Below are positions 10,033 through 18,462 of a DNA stretch of 43,596 nt, piece by piece. The stretch lies in the NCBI GenBank assembly GCA_027297685.1, contig JAPUHN010000136.1, positions 1 through 43,596 of the forward strand. The letters are read 5' to 3'. The DNA comes from Alphaproteobacteria bacterium. Lineage in GTDB: Bacteria > Pseudomonadota > Alphaproteobacteria > UBA6615. A program made the position numbers and the translations under genes. The notes under the pieces were generated by a model. It was not told the origin of the DNA. It ran no database searches and saw only the letters and a program-made list of their open reading frames with translations. The stretch's first letter is position 1, and every line of letters starts with the position of its first letter.

Positions 10033-10272
10033 GTGCCGAAAGGTGAGGTCGCCCAGAAAACACCGATTGCCGTCGATGTTGTGCCGGGGCGCAAATATTG
10101 GTGGTGCGAGTGTGGCAGGAGCAATAAACAGCCATTCTGCGATAGCTCCCATAAAGGGACAGAGTTCTCGCCGGTCTTGTTTGAGACCGCTACGGCGCAG
10201 ACAATCTATTTCTGTTGCTGCAAGCAAACCGGCAATAGGCCGCGGTGCGACGGTACGCACAACACCCTTTGA
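10033..10272 (+). CDS. Tandem CDGSH [2Fe-2S] protein (MiNT/CISD3-like)
   Basis: WCECGRSNKQPFCDSSH and FCCCKQTGNRPRCDGTH; GTG start with GGAGG at 10019-10023. Confidence 0.88.
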   Translation: MPKGEVAQKTPIAVDVVPGRKYWWCECGRSNKQPFCDSSHKGTEFSPVLFETATAQTIYFCCCKQTGNRPRCDGTHNTL

Positions 10273-10287
10273 AAAATTAGACTTGTT

Positions 10288-10845
10288 TTGACTATTCGAC
10301 GATATCTGGCCGCCCGGAGCAGCGTTTTTGGCGTCTTGGCGATGTTTACCCTGGTGGCTTGTACGAGTGATCAACCGGTGATCGCGCCGGCGTGCCCGCA
10401 CATCATCATCGTTAAGGACACCGCTGAGATAACGACATTTCGGCCGGGGCCTGGCCGCGACCTGACCGACGTCGTGCTCGATGCCCGTATCAACCGGTTC
10501 GAGGGCACTTGCGAGACCGATCTGGAAACCAACCGGACAGGCCGGGTCGCCATCGATTTGCAGCTGATTTTCGAGGCAACCCGCGGACCCGCCAATGACA
10601 CTCGCAAGGGGAATTTTAGCTATTACATAGCCATAGCAAATCGGAGCGGCGCCATCCTGGCGAAAAAGGTGTTCGATACCGAGTTCGAATTCCAGCGTAA
10701 CCGCAATCGATTCGGGGGTATCGAAGAGTTGACCCAAGAGATACCGCTGCGGCGTGGTGAGCTTGGCGAGGATTTCGATATTTTCGTCGGCTTTCAATTG
10801 AACCGCGAACAACTCGACTACAATCTCGCCAAGCGGATTCGATAA
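10288..10845 (+). CDS. Hypothetical lipoprotein
   Basis: Basic N-terminus, hydrophobic stretch, lipobox LVAC; two further Cys in the mature part; follows the CDGSH gene by 15 bp. Confidence 0.7.
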   Translation: MTIRRYLAARSSVFGVLAMFTLVACTSDQPVIAPACPHIIIVKDTAEITTFRPGPGRDLTDVVLDARINRFEGTCETDLETNRTGRVAIDLQLIFEATRGPANDTRKGNFSYYIAIANRSGAILAKKVFDTEFEFQRNRNRFGGIEELTQEIPLRRGELGEDFDIFVGFQLNREQLDYNLAKRIR

Positions 10846-10870
10846 TCCACAGAATGGGGCGTCGCCTTGG

Positions 10871-10898
10871 TTGACTCTGGGCGCGCGCCCGATAGTCT
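10871..10898 (+). promoter_or_regulatory. Putative sigma70 promoter of the gcv operon
   Basis: TTGACT-N16-TAGTCT about 40 nt upstream of the riboswitch. Confidence 0.55.
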
Positions 10899-10936
10899 CG
10901 AAGTCGGTGGTCGGCGCGAGTCGCACCGCCGCACAC

Positions 10937-11136
10937 GTCAGAAGATCCCTGCGGGAGAGACCACCCCGATTGGTGGCGCCGAAGGAGCAACCGCCCCGGA
11001 AACTCTCAGGCAAACGGACCGTAGGGTAATGACACTCTGGAAAGCAGGCGTTGCCATTTGCGGTGGCGTCTCACCGAAGGGGTAAACCGGAGCCCAGTTG
11101 GCGCCGGCGATTCTCTCAGGTTCGGACGACAGAGTG
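10937..11136 (+). ncRNA. Tandem glycine riboswitch
   Basis: Aptamer 1: P1 CCCTGCGG/CCGTAGGG with GGAGAGA, GCCGAAGGAGCAA, CTCTCAGG. Aptamer 2: P1 CACTCTG/CAGAGTG with GGAAAG, CACCGAAGG, CTCTCAGG. Directly upstream of gcvT. Confidence 0.95.
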
Positions 11137-11204
11137 GGGCAGGTGGCGCACCGCGTGGTGCGCCGGGTCGTCAACAGGCCTTGCCGCGGGCAGGGAGAGG
11201 TGAC

Positions 11205-12347
11205 ATGGCCACAGCCCCCGATGCGTCCGCCGCATCGTTGAAAACAACTCCGCTTCACGCGCTCCATAAGGAGTTGGGCGCGCGCATGGTGCCGTTCGCC
11301 GGCTACGAGATGCCGGTTCAGTATCCCGCTGGGATCATTGCGGAGCATACCCATACGCGCGCGGCCGCCGGACTTTTCGATGTTTCGCATATGGGCCAAG
11401 CGGTGCTGCGCGGTGACGATCCGGCAGCCGCGTTCGAGCGCCTTGTGCCGGGCGACATTTCCGGTCTGGCGCCGGGCGCCATGCGCTATAGCCTGCTGCT
11501 TAACGATGCGGGCGGCATCCTTGATGATTTGATGGTCACCCGACCGGGTGAGCCTGGCACCGAGGGGCAAATCTATCTGGTCGTCAACGCCGCCTGTAAG
11601 GATGCTGATTTCGCCCATATTGGCGAACGGCTCCAGGATGTTGCGACACTGGAGCGTGCCGAAGACCGCGCCCTTCTGGCGTTGCAGGGACCGCGAGCGG
11701 CGTCGGTGTTGGCGCGGCTGGCGCCCACCGCCACCGAATTGGTGTTCATGCGCGCCGCTGCGATGACGCTCGACGGCGTCGAGTGTTTTATCTCGCGGTC
11801 GGGCTACACCGGCGAAGACGGGTTCGAAATTTCTCTACCGGCCGGTGCGGCCGAAGCAGTCGCCAGGCGAATTCTTGCCGAACCCGAGGTCGAGCCGGTG
11901 GGGCTGGGCGCACGCGATTCGTTACGCCTGGAGGCTGGCCTCTGTTTGTACGGTCACGACATCGATACCAAGACCACGCCGGTCGAAGCGGCACTCACCT
12001 GGGCGGTTTCCAAGCGGCGGCGCGAAGGCGCCGACTTTCCCGGCGCCGGCATAATATTGGAACAGATCGCCAGCGGCGCGGCGCGTCGGCGCGTCGGATT
12101 ATTGCCGGAGGGGCGCGCGCCGGTACGCGAGGGCGCTTCGATCGGTGACCAAGACGGTAACGAAATCGGCCGGATCACGAGCGGCGGCTATTCGCCAATG
12201 TTGAAACGGCCGATCGCCATGGGCTACGTCGCTACAGCGTTCGCGGAACCGGGCAGGGAAGTCCAGGTGAGTCTGCGCGGGCGCGACGTAACAGCAGTTG
12301 TCGTGGCGCTGCCATTCGTTGAACCACACTACTATCGCGGCAGTTAG
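11205..12347 (+). CDS. gcvT: Glycine cleavage system aminomethyltransferase T
   Basis: [45 protein letters not shown]; ATG at 11205 after GGGAGAGG. Confidence 0.96.
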   Translation: MATAPDASAASLKTTPLHALHKELGARMVPFAGYEMPVQYPAGIIAEHTHTRAAAGLFDVSHMGQAVLRGDDPAAAFERLVPGDISGLAPGAMRYSLLLNDAGGILDDLMVTRPGEPGTEGQIYLVVNAACKDADFAHIGERLQDVATLERAEDRALLALQGPRAASVLARLAPTATELVFMRAAAMTLDGVECFISRSGYTGEDGFEISLPAGAAEAVARRILAEPEVEPVGLGARDSLRLEAGLCLYGHDIDTKTTPVEAALTWAVSKRRREGADFPGAGIILEQIASGAARRRVGLLPEGRAPVREGASIGDQDGNEIGRITSGGYSPMLKRPIAMGYVATAFAEPGREVQVSLRGRDVTAVVVALPFVEPHYYRGS

Positions 12348-12367
12348 CAACCGAAGGTAAGGGGAAC

Positions 12368-12745
12368 ATGAGCGAGCTGAAATACACCGAAGACCATGAG
12401 TGGATCTCATTGGATGGCGATATCGGCACTGTCGGCATCACCGATTACGCGCAAGAACAGCTTGGCGATGTGGTGTTTGTCGAACTGCCGGATGTCGGCA
12501 AAACCCTGGCCAAGGGAGAAGAGGCCGCGGTTATAGAATCAGTGAAGGCGGCGGCAGAGATCTACGCTCCGGTGGATGGCGAAGTAACCGAAGTCAACGC
12601 TGCGTTGAACGATGATCCTTCATTGGTCAACACCGATGCCCAGGGCAAAGGATGGTTTATCAAACTTCGCATCGGCGACACGGGCGCAACGGATGGCTTG
12701 ATGGACGACAACGCTTACGCCGCCTTCATCGATGGGCTGAACTGA
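12368..12745 (+). CDS. gcvH: Glycine cleavage system H protein
   Basis: [32 protein letters not shown] lipoyl-lysine motif. Confidence 0.97.
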   Translation: MSELKYTEDHEWISLDGDIGTVGITDYAQEQLGDVVFVELPDVGKTLAKGEEAAVIESVKAAAEIYAPVDGEVTEVNAALNDDPSLVNTDAQGKGWFIKLRIGDTGATDGLMDDNAYAAFIDGLN

Positions 12746-12746
12746 C

Positions 12747-14090
12747 ATGCGCTACCTGCCGCTGACCGAGCTTGACCGTCACGATATGTTGGCGGCGATC
12801 GGCGCACCGTCGGTGGAAAGCCTGTTCCGCGACGTGCCGGAAGCGGCGCGGCTCAACGGCGGCTTCGATTTGCCCGATCACAAGAGCGAGCTCGAGGTCG
12901 AACAGATTATCGGCGCCATGGCGGACCGCAATATGGCGGCCGGCGATGTACCCAGTTTTCTCGGTGCCGGCGCCTACCACCACCACATCCCGGCGGCGGT
13001 CGATCACTTGATCCAGCGCGGCGAATTTCTAACCTCCTACACCCCCTACCAGCCGGAAATCTCCCAAGGCACGCTGCAGGCGCTTTTCGAGTTCCAGACC
13101 CAGGTGGCGTTAATCACTGGCATGGAGGTGGCCAATGCCTCGATGTATGACGGCGCCACATCGTGCGCCGAGGCGGTGCTGATGGCCCGCCGCATTACCC
13201 GGCGCGATAAGGCGATCTTGTCGGGCGGATTGCACCCGCATTATCGCGACGTGACCGAAACCCAGACCCGGTATCTCGATCTGAAAATTGTCGCGACCGC
13301 GCCCGATTTGACCGGTAGCGAAGATTTGGCTGCGCTGATCGATGACGATACGGCGTGCGTGGTGGTGCAGAATCCCGGTTTCTTCGGCCATCTGCGCGAT
13401 TTTTCCGCGCTCGCCGTGCAATGCCAGGCCAAGGGTGCCCTGCTGATCGCCGTAGTGCCGGAAGTGATATCGTTAGGCGCGGTCACGGCGCCCGGCGATA
13501 TGGGCGCCGACATCGTCGTGGCGGAAGGCCAGAGCCTGGGCAATCCACTTGGTTTTGGCGGACCCTATGTGGGGTTGTTTGCCGCGCGCGAGAAGCACGT
13601 GCGACAGATGCCGGGCCGGTTGTGTGGTCAAACAGTGGACGAGGACGGACGCCGCGGCTGGGTGCTCACCCTATCGACGCGCGAACAGCACATTCGCCGC
13701 GAGAAGGCGACCAGCAACATCTGCACGAACGCGGGCCTGTGTGCGTTGGCGTTCACCATCCATCTGGCGCTGCTCGGCGAGGAAGGATTCCGCAAACTGG
13801 CGGCGCTCAACCACGCGCGCGCGGTACAGCTTGCCGACCGGTTATCGAGCGTTCGCGGCATCGATGTCGTGACCGACGCCTTCTTCAACGAGTTTGCAGT
13901 GCGCCTGCCGCGCCCCGCCGCCGGTGTGGTTTCCGAGCTCGCCGCGCAACGTGTTCTGGCAGGCGTTCCGGTGTCCCGCTTGATTCCCAACGATACCGGC
14001 CTTGCCGACATCCTTTTGCTCGCCGTCACCGAAACCACCGGCGAAGACGACATGGATGCGCTGGTGGCAGCTCTGGGCGAGGTGTTGTGA
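12747..14090 (+). CDS. gcvPA: Glycine dehydrogenase subunit 1
   Basis: [44 protein letters not shown]. Confidence 0.96.
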   Translation: MRYLPLTELDRHDMLAAIGAPSVESLFRDVPEAARLNGGFDLPDHKSELEVEQIIGAMADRNMAAGDVPSFLGAGAYHHHIPAAVDHLIQRGEFLTSYTPYQPEISQGTLQALFEFQTQVALITGMEVANASMYDGATSCAEAVLMARRITRRDKAILSGGLHPHYRDVTETQTRYLDLKIVATAPDLTGSEDLAALIDDDTACVVVQNPGFFGHLRDFSALAVQCQAKGALLIAVVPEVISLGAVTAPGDMGADIVVAEGQSLGNPLGFGGPYVGLFAAREKHVRQMPGRLCGQTVDEDGRRGWVLTLSTREQHIRREKATSNICTNAGLCALAFTIHLALLGEEGFRKLAALNHARAVQLADRLSSVRGIDVVTDAFFNEFAVRLPRPAAGVVSELAAQRVLAGVPVSRLIPNDTGLADILLLAVTETTGEDDMDALVAALGEVL

Positions 14091-15664
14091 TGGCTCATTC
14101 GAGGGATCTAAGCCGCCCCCGCCAGGCCGGTTCGCCGGTGGCCGCACGCGATACCGTTCTCGGGCACCAAGGCTTACGCCTGGAAGAAGATTTGCTGTTC
14201 GAATTGGACAGCCCGGGACTGTCGGGGGTCGACCTGCCAAATGTTCCTGCCGTGGAGGCCCGCCTGGGGGGGCTCGAACGCCGTTCCGAGATCGGTCTGC
14301 CGGGATTGAGCGAACCCGAGATAGTGCGCCATTACACGCGGCTGTCGCAAAAGAACTACGCGATCGATATGGGCACCTACCCGCTGGGCTCGTGCACCAT
14401 GAAGCACAATCCGCGGCTCAACGAAAAAGTGGTGCGCCTGCCGGGGTTTGCCGGCCTGCATCCCTTGCAGCCGGTGGAGACCGCGCAGGGTGCACTCGAG
14501 TTGATCGACGCGACGGCGCAGTGGCTGAAGACGCTGACCGGTATGCCGGCCATTGCAATGTCGCCGGCCGCCGGCGCCCATGGCGAGCTATGCGGCATGA
14601 TGGCCATTCGCGCCGCGCTGGATGCGCGCGACGGCGGCGAAACGCCGCGCCGGCGGGTACTGGTGCCGGAATCGGCGCACGGTACCAACCCGGCGACTGC
14701 GGCGGCCTGCGGTTTCACCGTCGATCCAATCCCTGCCAACGACGACGGCCGGGTCGACGTTGCCGCGTTCGCTGCGAAGTTGGGCGACGATGTCGCCGCG
14801 GTGATGCTCACCAACCCCAACACGTGCGGATTGTTCGAACCGGACATGATCGAAATCGCGCGGCTGATTCACCAGGCGGACGGCTATTTCTACTGCGATG
14901 GCGCCAATTTCAACGCCATCGTCGGGCGTGTGCGGCCGGGCGATCTCGGTATCGACTGCATGCACATAAATCTGCACAAGACCTTCTCCACGCCCCATGG
15001 CGGCGGTGGCCCCGGCGCGGGACCGGTCGTCCTGTCGGAGGCCTTGGCGCCGTTCGCGCCGCGGCCGTGGATCGTGCACGACGGCGATGGTTTCGCGCTG
15101 GTCGAGAACGACGCGGACACCGGCGACGCCACGCCCATCGGGCGCCTTAAGGGGTTCCACGGGCAGATGGGTATGTTCGTGCGCGCCTTTGCCTACATGT
15201 TGAGCCACGGCAAGGACGGCCTGAGCCAGGTTTCGGGCGACGCGGTGCTGAACGCCAACTATGTGATGGCGCGTCTGCAAGATGTGATGACGCCGTCCTT
15301 CGAGGGGCCGTGCATGCACGAGTGCCTGTTCGACGATCGTTTCTTGGACGGCAGCGGCGTCACGACGCTCGATTTCTCCAAGGCGATGATCGATGAGGGG
15401 TACCACCCGATGACGATGTATTTCCCGCTGGTGGTCCATGGCGCCATGCTGATCGAGCCAACCGAGACCGAATCCAAACGGGGCCTCGACGACTTTATCG
15501 CCGTCATGCGCCGACTGGCCGAAAGCGCCAGGGCGGGAGAGCAGGCGCGTTTCACCGGCGCCCCCGAGTTTACGCCGCGCCGCCGCCTGGATGAGACCAT
15601 GGCGGCCCGCAAGCCGGTGCTGCGCTGGTTTCCCGCGGCGGAGACAGCCGAGGCGGCTGAGTAA
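14090..15664 (+). CDS. gcvPB: Glycine dehydrogenase subunit 2
   Basis: PLGSCTMKHNP, NLHKTFSTPHGGGGPG PLP motif, IEPTETESK; ATG overlaps the gcvPA stop (TGATG). Confidence 0.95.
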   Translation: MAHSRDLSRPRQAGSPVAARDTVLGHQGLRLEEDLLFELDSPGLSGVDLPNVPAVEARLGGLERRSEIGLPGLSEPEIVRHYTRLSQKNYAIDMGTYPLGSCTMKHNPRLNEKVVRLPGFAGLHPLQPVETAQGALELIDATAQWLKTLTGMPAIAMSPAAGAHGELCGMMAIRAALDARDGGETPRRRVLVPESAHGTNPATAAACGFTVDPIPANDDGRVDVAAFAAKLGDDVAAVMLTNPNTCGLFEPDMIEIARLIHQADGYFYCDGANFNAIVGRVRPGDLGIDCMHINLHKTFSTPHGGGGPGAGPVVLSEALAPFAPRPWIVHDGDGFALVENDADTGDATPIGRLKGFHGQMGMFVRAFAYMLSHGKDGLSQVSGDAVLNANYVMARLQDVMTPSFEGPCMHECLFDDRFLDGSGVTTLDFSKAMIDEGYHPMTMYFPLVVHGAMLIEPTETESKRGLDDFIAVMRRLAESARAGEQARFTGAPEFTPRRRLDETMAARKPVLRWFPAAETAEAAE

Positions 15665-15690
15665 ACCGCGTCGGTGCGGGAGATTCTATT

Positions 15691-15752
15691 TCCTCTCACC
15701 CAACCGTTCTCTGTAGGGAGAGGGTGGCGAACTTGCGCGCTGGGTGAGGGGA
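15691..15752. repeat. Degenerate REP-like palindrome
   Basis: Outer arms TCCTCTCACCCA / TGGGTGAGGGGA enclosing a GGGAGAGGGT motif; between convergent gcvPB and atpF. Confidence 0.6.
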
Positions 15753-15764
15753 CAAAAGTGGTTT

Positions 15765-15786
15765 AAAAAAACCCCGCAAGGCGGGG
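15765..15786 (-). terminator. Intrinsic terminator of the atp F0 operon
   Basis: CCCCGC-AAG-GCGGGG hairpin (15772-15786) followed on the minus strand by T7, about 30 nt after the atpF stop. Confidence 0.75.
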
Positions 15787-15814
15787 CTCCTAAACTCGTT
15801 GCTGTGAAAAATGT

Positions 15815-16384
15815 TTAGTTCAGCTTTGACGGAAGTTCCTGGATCGCCTGGTCGACCAGAGCGTCGCCGCCATCGCCCGCCGTCGCATCGGTGAGCAGTC
15901 TGCGGGTCGCTTCGATCGCGCGGTCAGCCGCCAAGCCGCGGACGTCGGCCAGCGCCTGCGCTTCGGCTGCGGCGATCATGTCCATCGCTTGCTGCTCGCG
16001 CCGCCGCAAGAGTTCCTCGGTGCGTTCCGCAGCCGCTTTTTCGATACGCCCGGCCTCCTCGCGCGCTTCGGCAAGGATGCCTTCGGCCTCTTTCAAGGCG
16101 TCGCGTTGCTTGCGCTGGTATTCGGCGAGCGTGTGCTGTGCTTCCTCGCGCAACCGCTGTGCCTCGTCGAGCGCGGATTTGATGGCTTCCGTACGCCCAT
16201 CGAGTTTCGACGTCAGCATTTTCTTGATCGGCTTGAACAGTGCGACGAGAAAGAACACAAACGATACGGCGACCCAGGTTTCCGGGTTCTCGAAGATGCC
16301 GACTTCGTGGGCCTCTTCGGCGGCCAATGCGGGGCCGGCGAGCACTGCGAGTACGCCGATAGAAGTAAGAAAGCGGCCGATCAT
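15815..16384 (-). CDS. atpF: ATP synthase F0 subunit b
   Basis: PETWVAVSF membrane anchor then long charged helix (LD.R...I...LDEA..LREEA); operon position. Confidence 0.9.
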   Translation of the reverse strand: MIGRFLTSIGVLAVLAGPALAAEEAHEVGIFENPETWVAVSFVFFLVALFKPIKKMLTSKLDGRTEAIKSALDEAQRLREEAQHTLAEYQRKQRDALKEAEGILAEAREEAGRIEKAAAERTEELLRRREQQAMDMIAAAEAQALADVRGLAADRAIEATRRLLTDATAGDGGDALVDQAIQELPSKLN

Positions 16385-16875
16385 GAGGTGGGTTCCTGAA
16401 CCGATGCCGCCACTGCGGACTCAACTGCCGCGGCGTCGGGCGTACTACCGATCAGCCGTTCGACCGCCTGGCGGGCGATATCCTTGGCGATCTCGTCGAT
16501 ATTGCCAGCCGCCGCCGCTGACTCTGCGGCAATACGCTCGCGCGCCGCCGCCGTCTCGGCACCCAGTTTTTCAGCCAATGCGGCGTATTGCTTCTCGGCT
16601 TCGGCGGCCGAGCGTGTCGCCGCCGCATGCAATTCTTCGTGTGCGTTTGCTCTTGTGTCCGCCAGCCGCGCCTCGTAGGCGGCCATGACCTCGTCTGTCT
16701 GTTCGGCCAATTCGCTGGCCCGCGCCAAGTCGTCGGCGATTTTCCGTTGGCGGTCCTCGAGCGTGGCGGCGATTCTCGGCAATGCGACCCGCCACACGAA
16801 CACAAACACAATGGCGAAGGTGACGACGAGCCAAAATATCTGGCTGGCGAACGTTGAGGTATCGAACTGGGGCAT
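16381..16875 (-). CDS. ATP synthase F0 subunit b'
   Basis: MPQFD.STFASQIFWL N-terminus typical of alphaproteobacterial b'; ATGA overlap with atpF. Confidence 0.92.
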   Translation of the reverse strand: MPQFDTSTFASQIFWLVVTFAIVFVFVWRVALPRIAATLEDRQRKIADDLARASELAEQTDEVMAAYEARLADTRANAHEELHAAATRSAAEAEKQYAALAEKLGAETAAARERIAAESAAAAGNIDEIAKDIARQAVERLIGSTPDAAAVESAVAASVQEPTS

Positions 16876-16932
16876 GACGCGTCTCTTCCGCTAGTCGTGG
16901 GGCGGTCCGGTCGGGCCGCCGCCGCTTTTTGG

Positions 16933-17178
16933 CTAGCTGGCGAGGATGATGAAAGCCATGATCAGGGCGAACAGCGCGATCGCTTCGGTAACGGCGAAGC
17001 CGATCCAAATGAACGCGCCGATTTCTTCTTTCGAGGCCGGGTTACGGCCGATCGCTTCGATATAGCTGGCCCAGATGCGACCAACACCGACACCTGCGCC
17101 GACCATGCCGATGGCGGCCAAACCGGCACCGACGAGTTTCAGGCCGTCTCTGATTAGCTCTGCGGCTTCGACTTCCAT
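16933..17178 (-). CDS. atpE: ATP synthase F0 subunit c
   Basis: GAGVGVG glycine motif, RNP loop, ion-binding Glu in VTEA; no Na+-type ES/ET signature. Confidence 0.95.
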   Translation of the reverse strand: MEVEAAELIRDGLKLVGAGLAAIGMVGAGVGVGRIWASYIEAIGRNPASKEEIGAFIWIGFAVTEAIALFALIMAFIILAS

Positions 17179-17218
17179 TTTTGTTACTCCTTTAAGATCT
17201 CAGAATGCAGATTGAGGT

Positions 17219-17953
17219 TTAGTGCAGATGCAGGGCGTCGTTCAGATACACGCACGTCAGAATGGCAAAGACGTAGGCTTGAATGACGGCAATCATGACT
17301 TCGAGCATGGTGATGGCGACGAGGAAGGCGAACGGCAAGAGCCCGGGAATGATGAAGAAGCTGCCGAGGCCGACAACGCCGCCGCCGATCACTTTCAAGA
17401 GGACGTGGCCGACCGTCATATTGGCGAACAAACGCACGGACAGGCTTATCGGGCGCGAGAAATACGAGATGATTTCGATGGGCACCAGTATCGGCGCCGA
17501 GACGATCGGCGCGCCGTGGGGAAAGAACAGGGAAAAGAATTTAAACCCGTGCGTGATCAACCCGATGATGGTGACGCCGACGAAGACAAACGCGGCCAGC
17601 GCGAAGGTGACCGCCAAATGGCTGGTAAACGTGAACGCGCCGGGAATCAGCCCGATCAGGTTTCCGAACAGGATGAACGTGAACAGGGTGAAGATGAACG
17701 GGAAATAGGGCCGGCCCTGGGTTCCGACATTGTCGCGCACCATGTCGGCGACGACCTGGTAGAAATATTCGACCGCCGATTGCCATCGCCCGGGTACCAT
17801 GGCGCGCCGTTGCGTGCCGACCACCATGAATACGATCAGTACCAACGCGGTAATCGCCATCCATAGCGATGAGTTGGTAAACGAGATGTCCGTCTCGCCG
17901 ATTTTCAATTCGAAGATCGGCTCAATCGTGAATTGTTCGAGGGGGCTCGCCAC
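17219..17953 (-). CDS. atpB: ATP synthase F0 subunit a
   Basis: PLEQF, FTNSS, RPISLSVRLFANM, IQAYVF..LTCVYLNDA. Confidence 0.96.
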   Translation of the reverse strand: MASPLEQFTIEPIFELKIGETDISFTNSSLWMAITALVLIVFMVVGTQRRAMVPGRWQSAVEYFYQVVADMVRDNVGTQGRPYFPFIFTLFTFILFGNLIGLIPGAFTFTSHLAVTFALAAFVFVGVTIIGLITHGFKFFSLFFPHGAPIVSAPILVPIEIISYFSRPISLSVRLFANMTVGHVLLKVIGGGVVGLGSFFIIPGLLPFAFLVAITMLEVMIAVIQAYVFAILTCVYLNDALHLH

Positions 17954-17974
17954 CGAAAACTTCTCCAGTCCTAT

Positions 17975-18307
17975 CTATTGGTCTGTATCGTCGGTGGGCG
18001 ACGACTTGAACGATTGATTGGCAGTCCGAACGACATTCAACAAGCCCGCGACAAAACCGAGAATAATAAAAAGCGCCAGCAAAAACGGCGTTGTGCCCAA
18101 CCACCAGTCGAGACCCCAGCCGATACCGGCGCCTACCCCCACACCAACAACGAGATCGACGCCAACTTTTACGCCGACGCCCATACCAGAACCTACGTAG
18201 GAGGCTGCCGGCGAACGTTTTTTTGAACCGCCAGAATTACGTTCCTGCGCAGCCTTCAAGCGTCGTTGGAGATCGTCGGTTGGGGAAGGCCGGTCCGAAT
18301 CGGTCAT
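17975..18307 (-). CDS. atpI: AtpZ/AtpI family protein
   Basis: GV.VG.GIGWGLDWWLGTTP..L..FIILGFVAG..NV; first gene of the F0 operon. Confidence 0.88.
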   Translation of the reverse strand: MTDSDRPSPTDDLQRRLKAAQERNSGGSKKRSPAASYVGSGMGVGVKVGVDLVVGVGVGAGIGWGLDWWLGTTPFLLALFIILGFVAGLLNVVRTANQSFKSSPTDDTDQ

Positions 18308-18377
18308 GGGAAGACCTCGTGATCTTTCGTTGCGGCTCCCACCAGCTTTGATCTAATCCACGCCGGAAGGCGGGCGC

Positions 18378-18406
18378 AAAGTAGCCACCGGTTACGGGCA
18401 AGTCAA
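18378..18406 (-). promoter_or_regulatory. Putative sigma70 promoter of the atp F0 operon
   Basis: Minus strand TTGACT-N17-TACTTT, 70 nt upstream of atpI. Confidence 0.6.
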
Positions 18407-18462
18407 GGCGGCTTTCGGGCCGTGCTAAATGGTCGCAAATAGGCGGAAAACCGCGGAATTTC

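Noticed and set aside
9949-11013. 354-aa minus-strand ORF
   Set aside because: Antisense to the CDGSH gene, lipoprotein gene and riboswitch, all better supported
11058-11204. N-terminal extension of GcvT
   Set aside because: Lies within riboswitch aptamer 2 and its platform; SD and ATG are at 11193-11207
13355-14089. 245-aa N-terminal extension of GcvPB in the ORF track, or a PA/PB frameshift fusion
   Set aside because: Off-frame reading of gcvPA; the TGATG overlap at 14088-14092 gives ordinary coupled genes
16933-17178. Possible Na+-translocating ATP synthase
   Set aside because: Subunit c has TEA with no Ser/Thr after Glu and no Gln/Glu ligand in helix 1; consistent with H+ coupling
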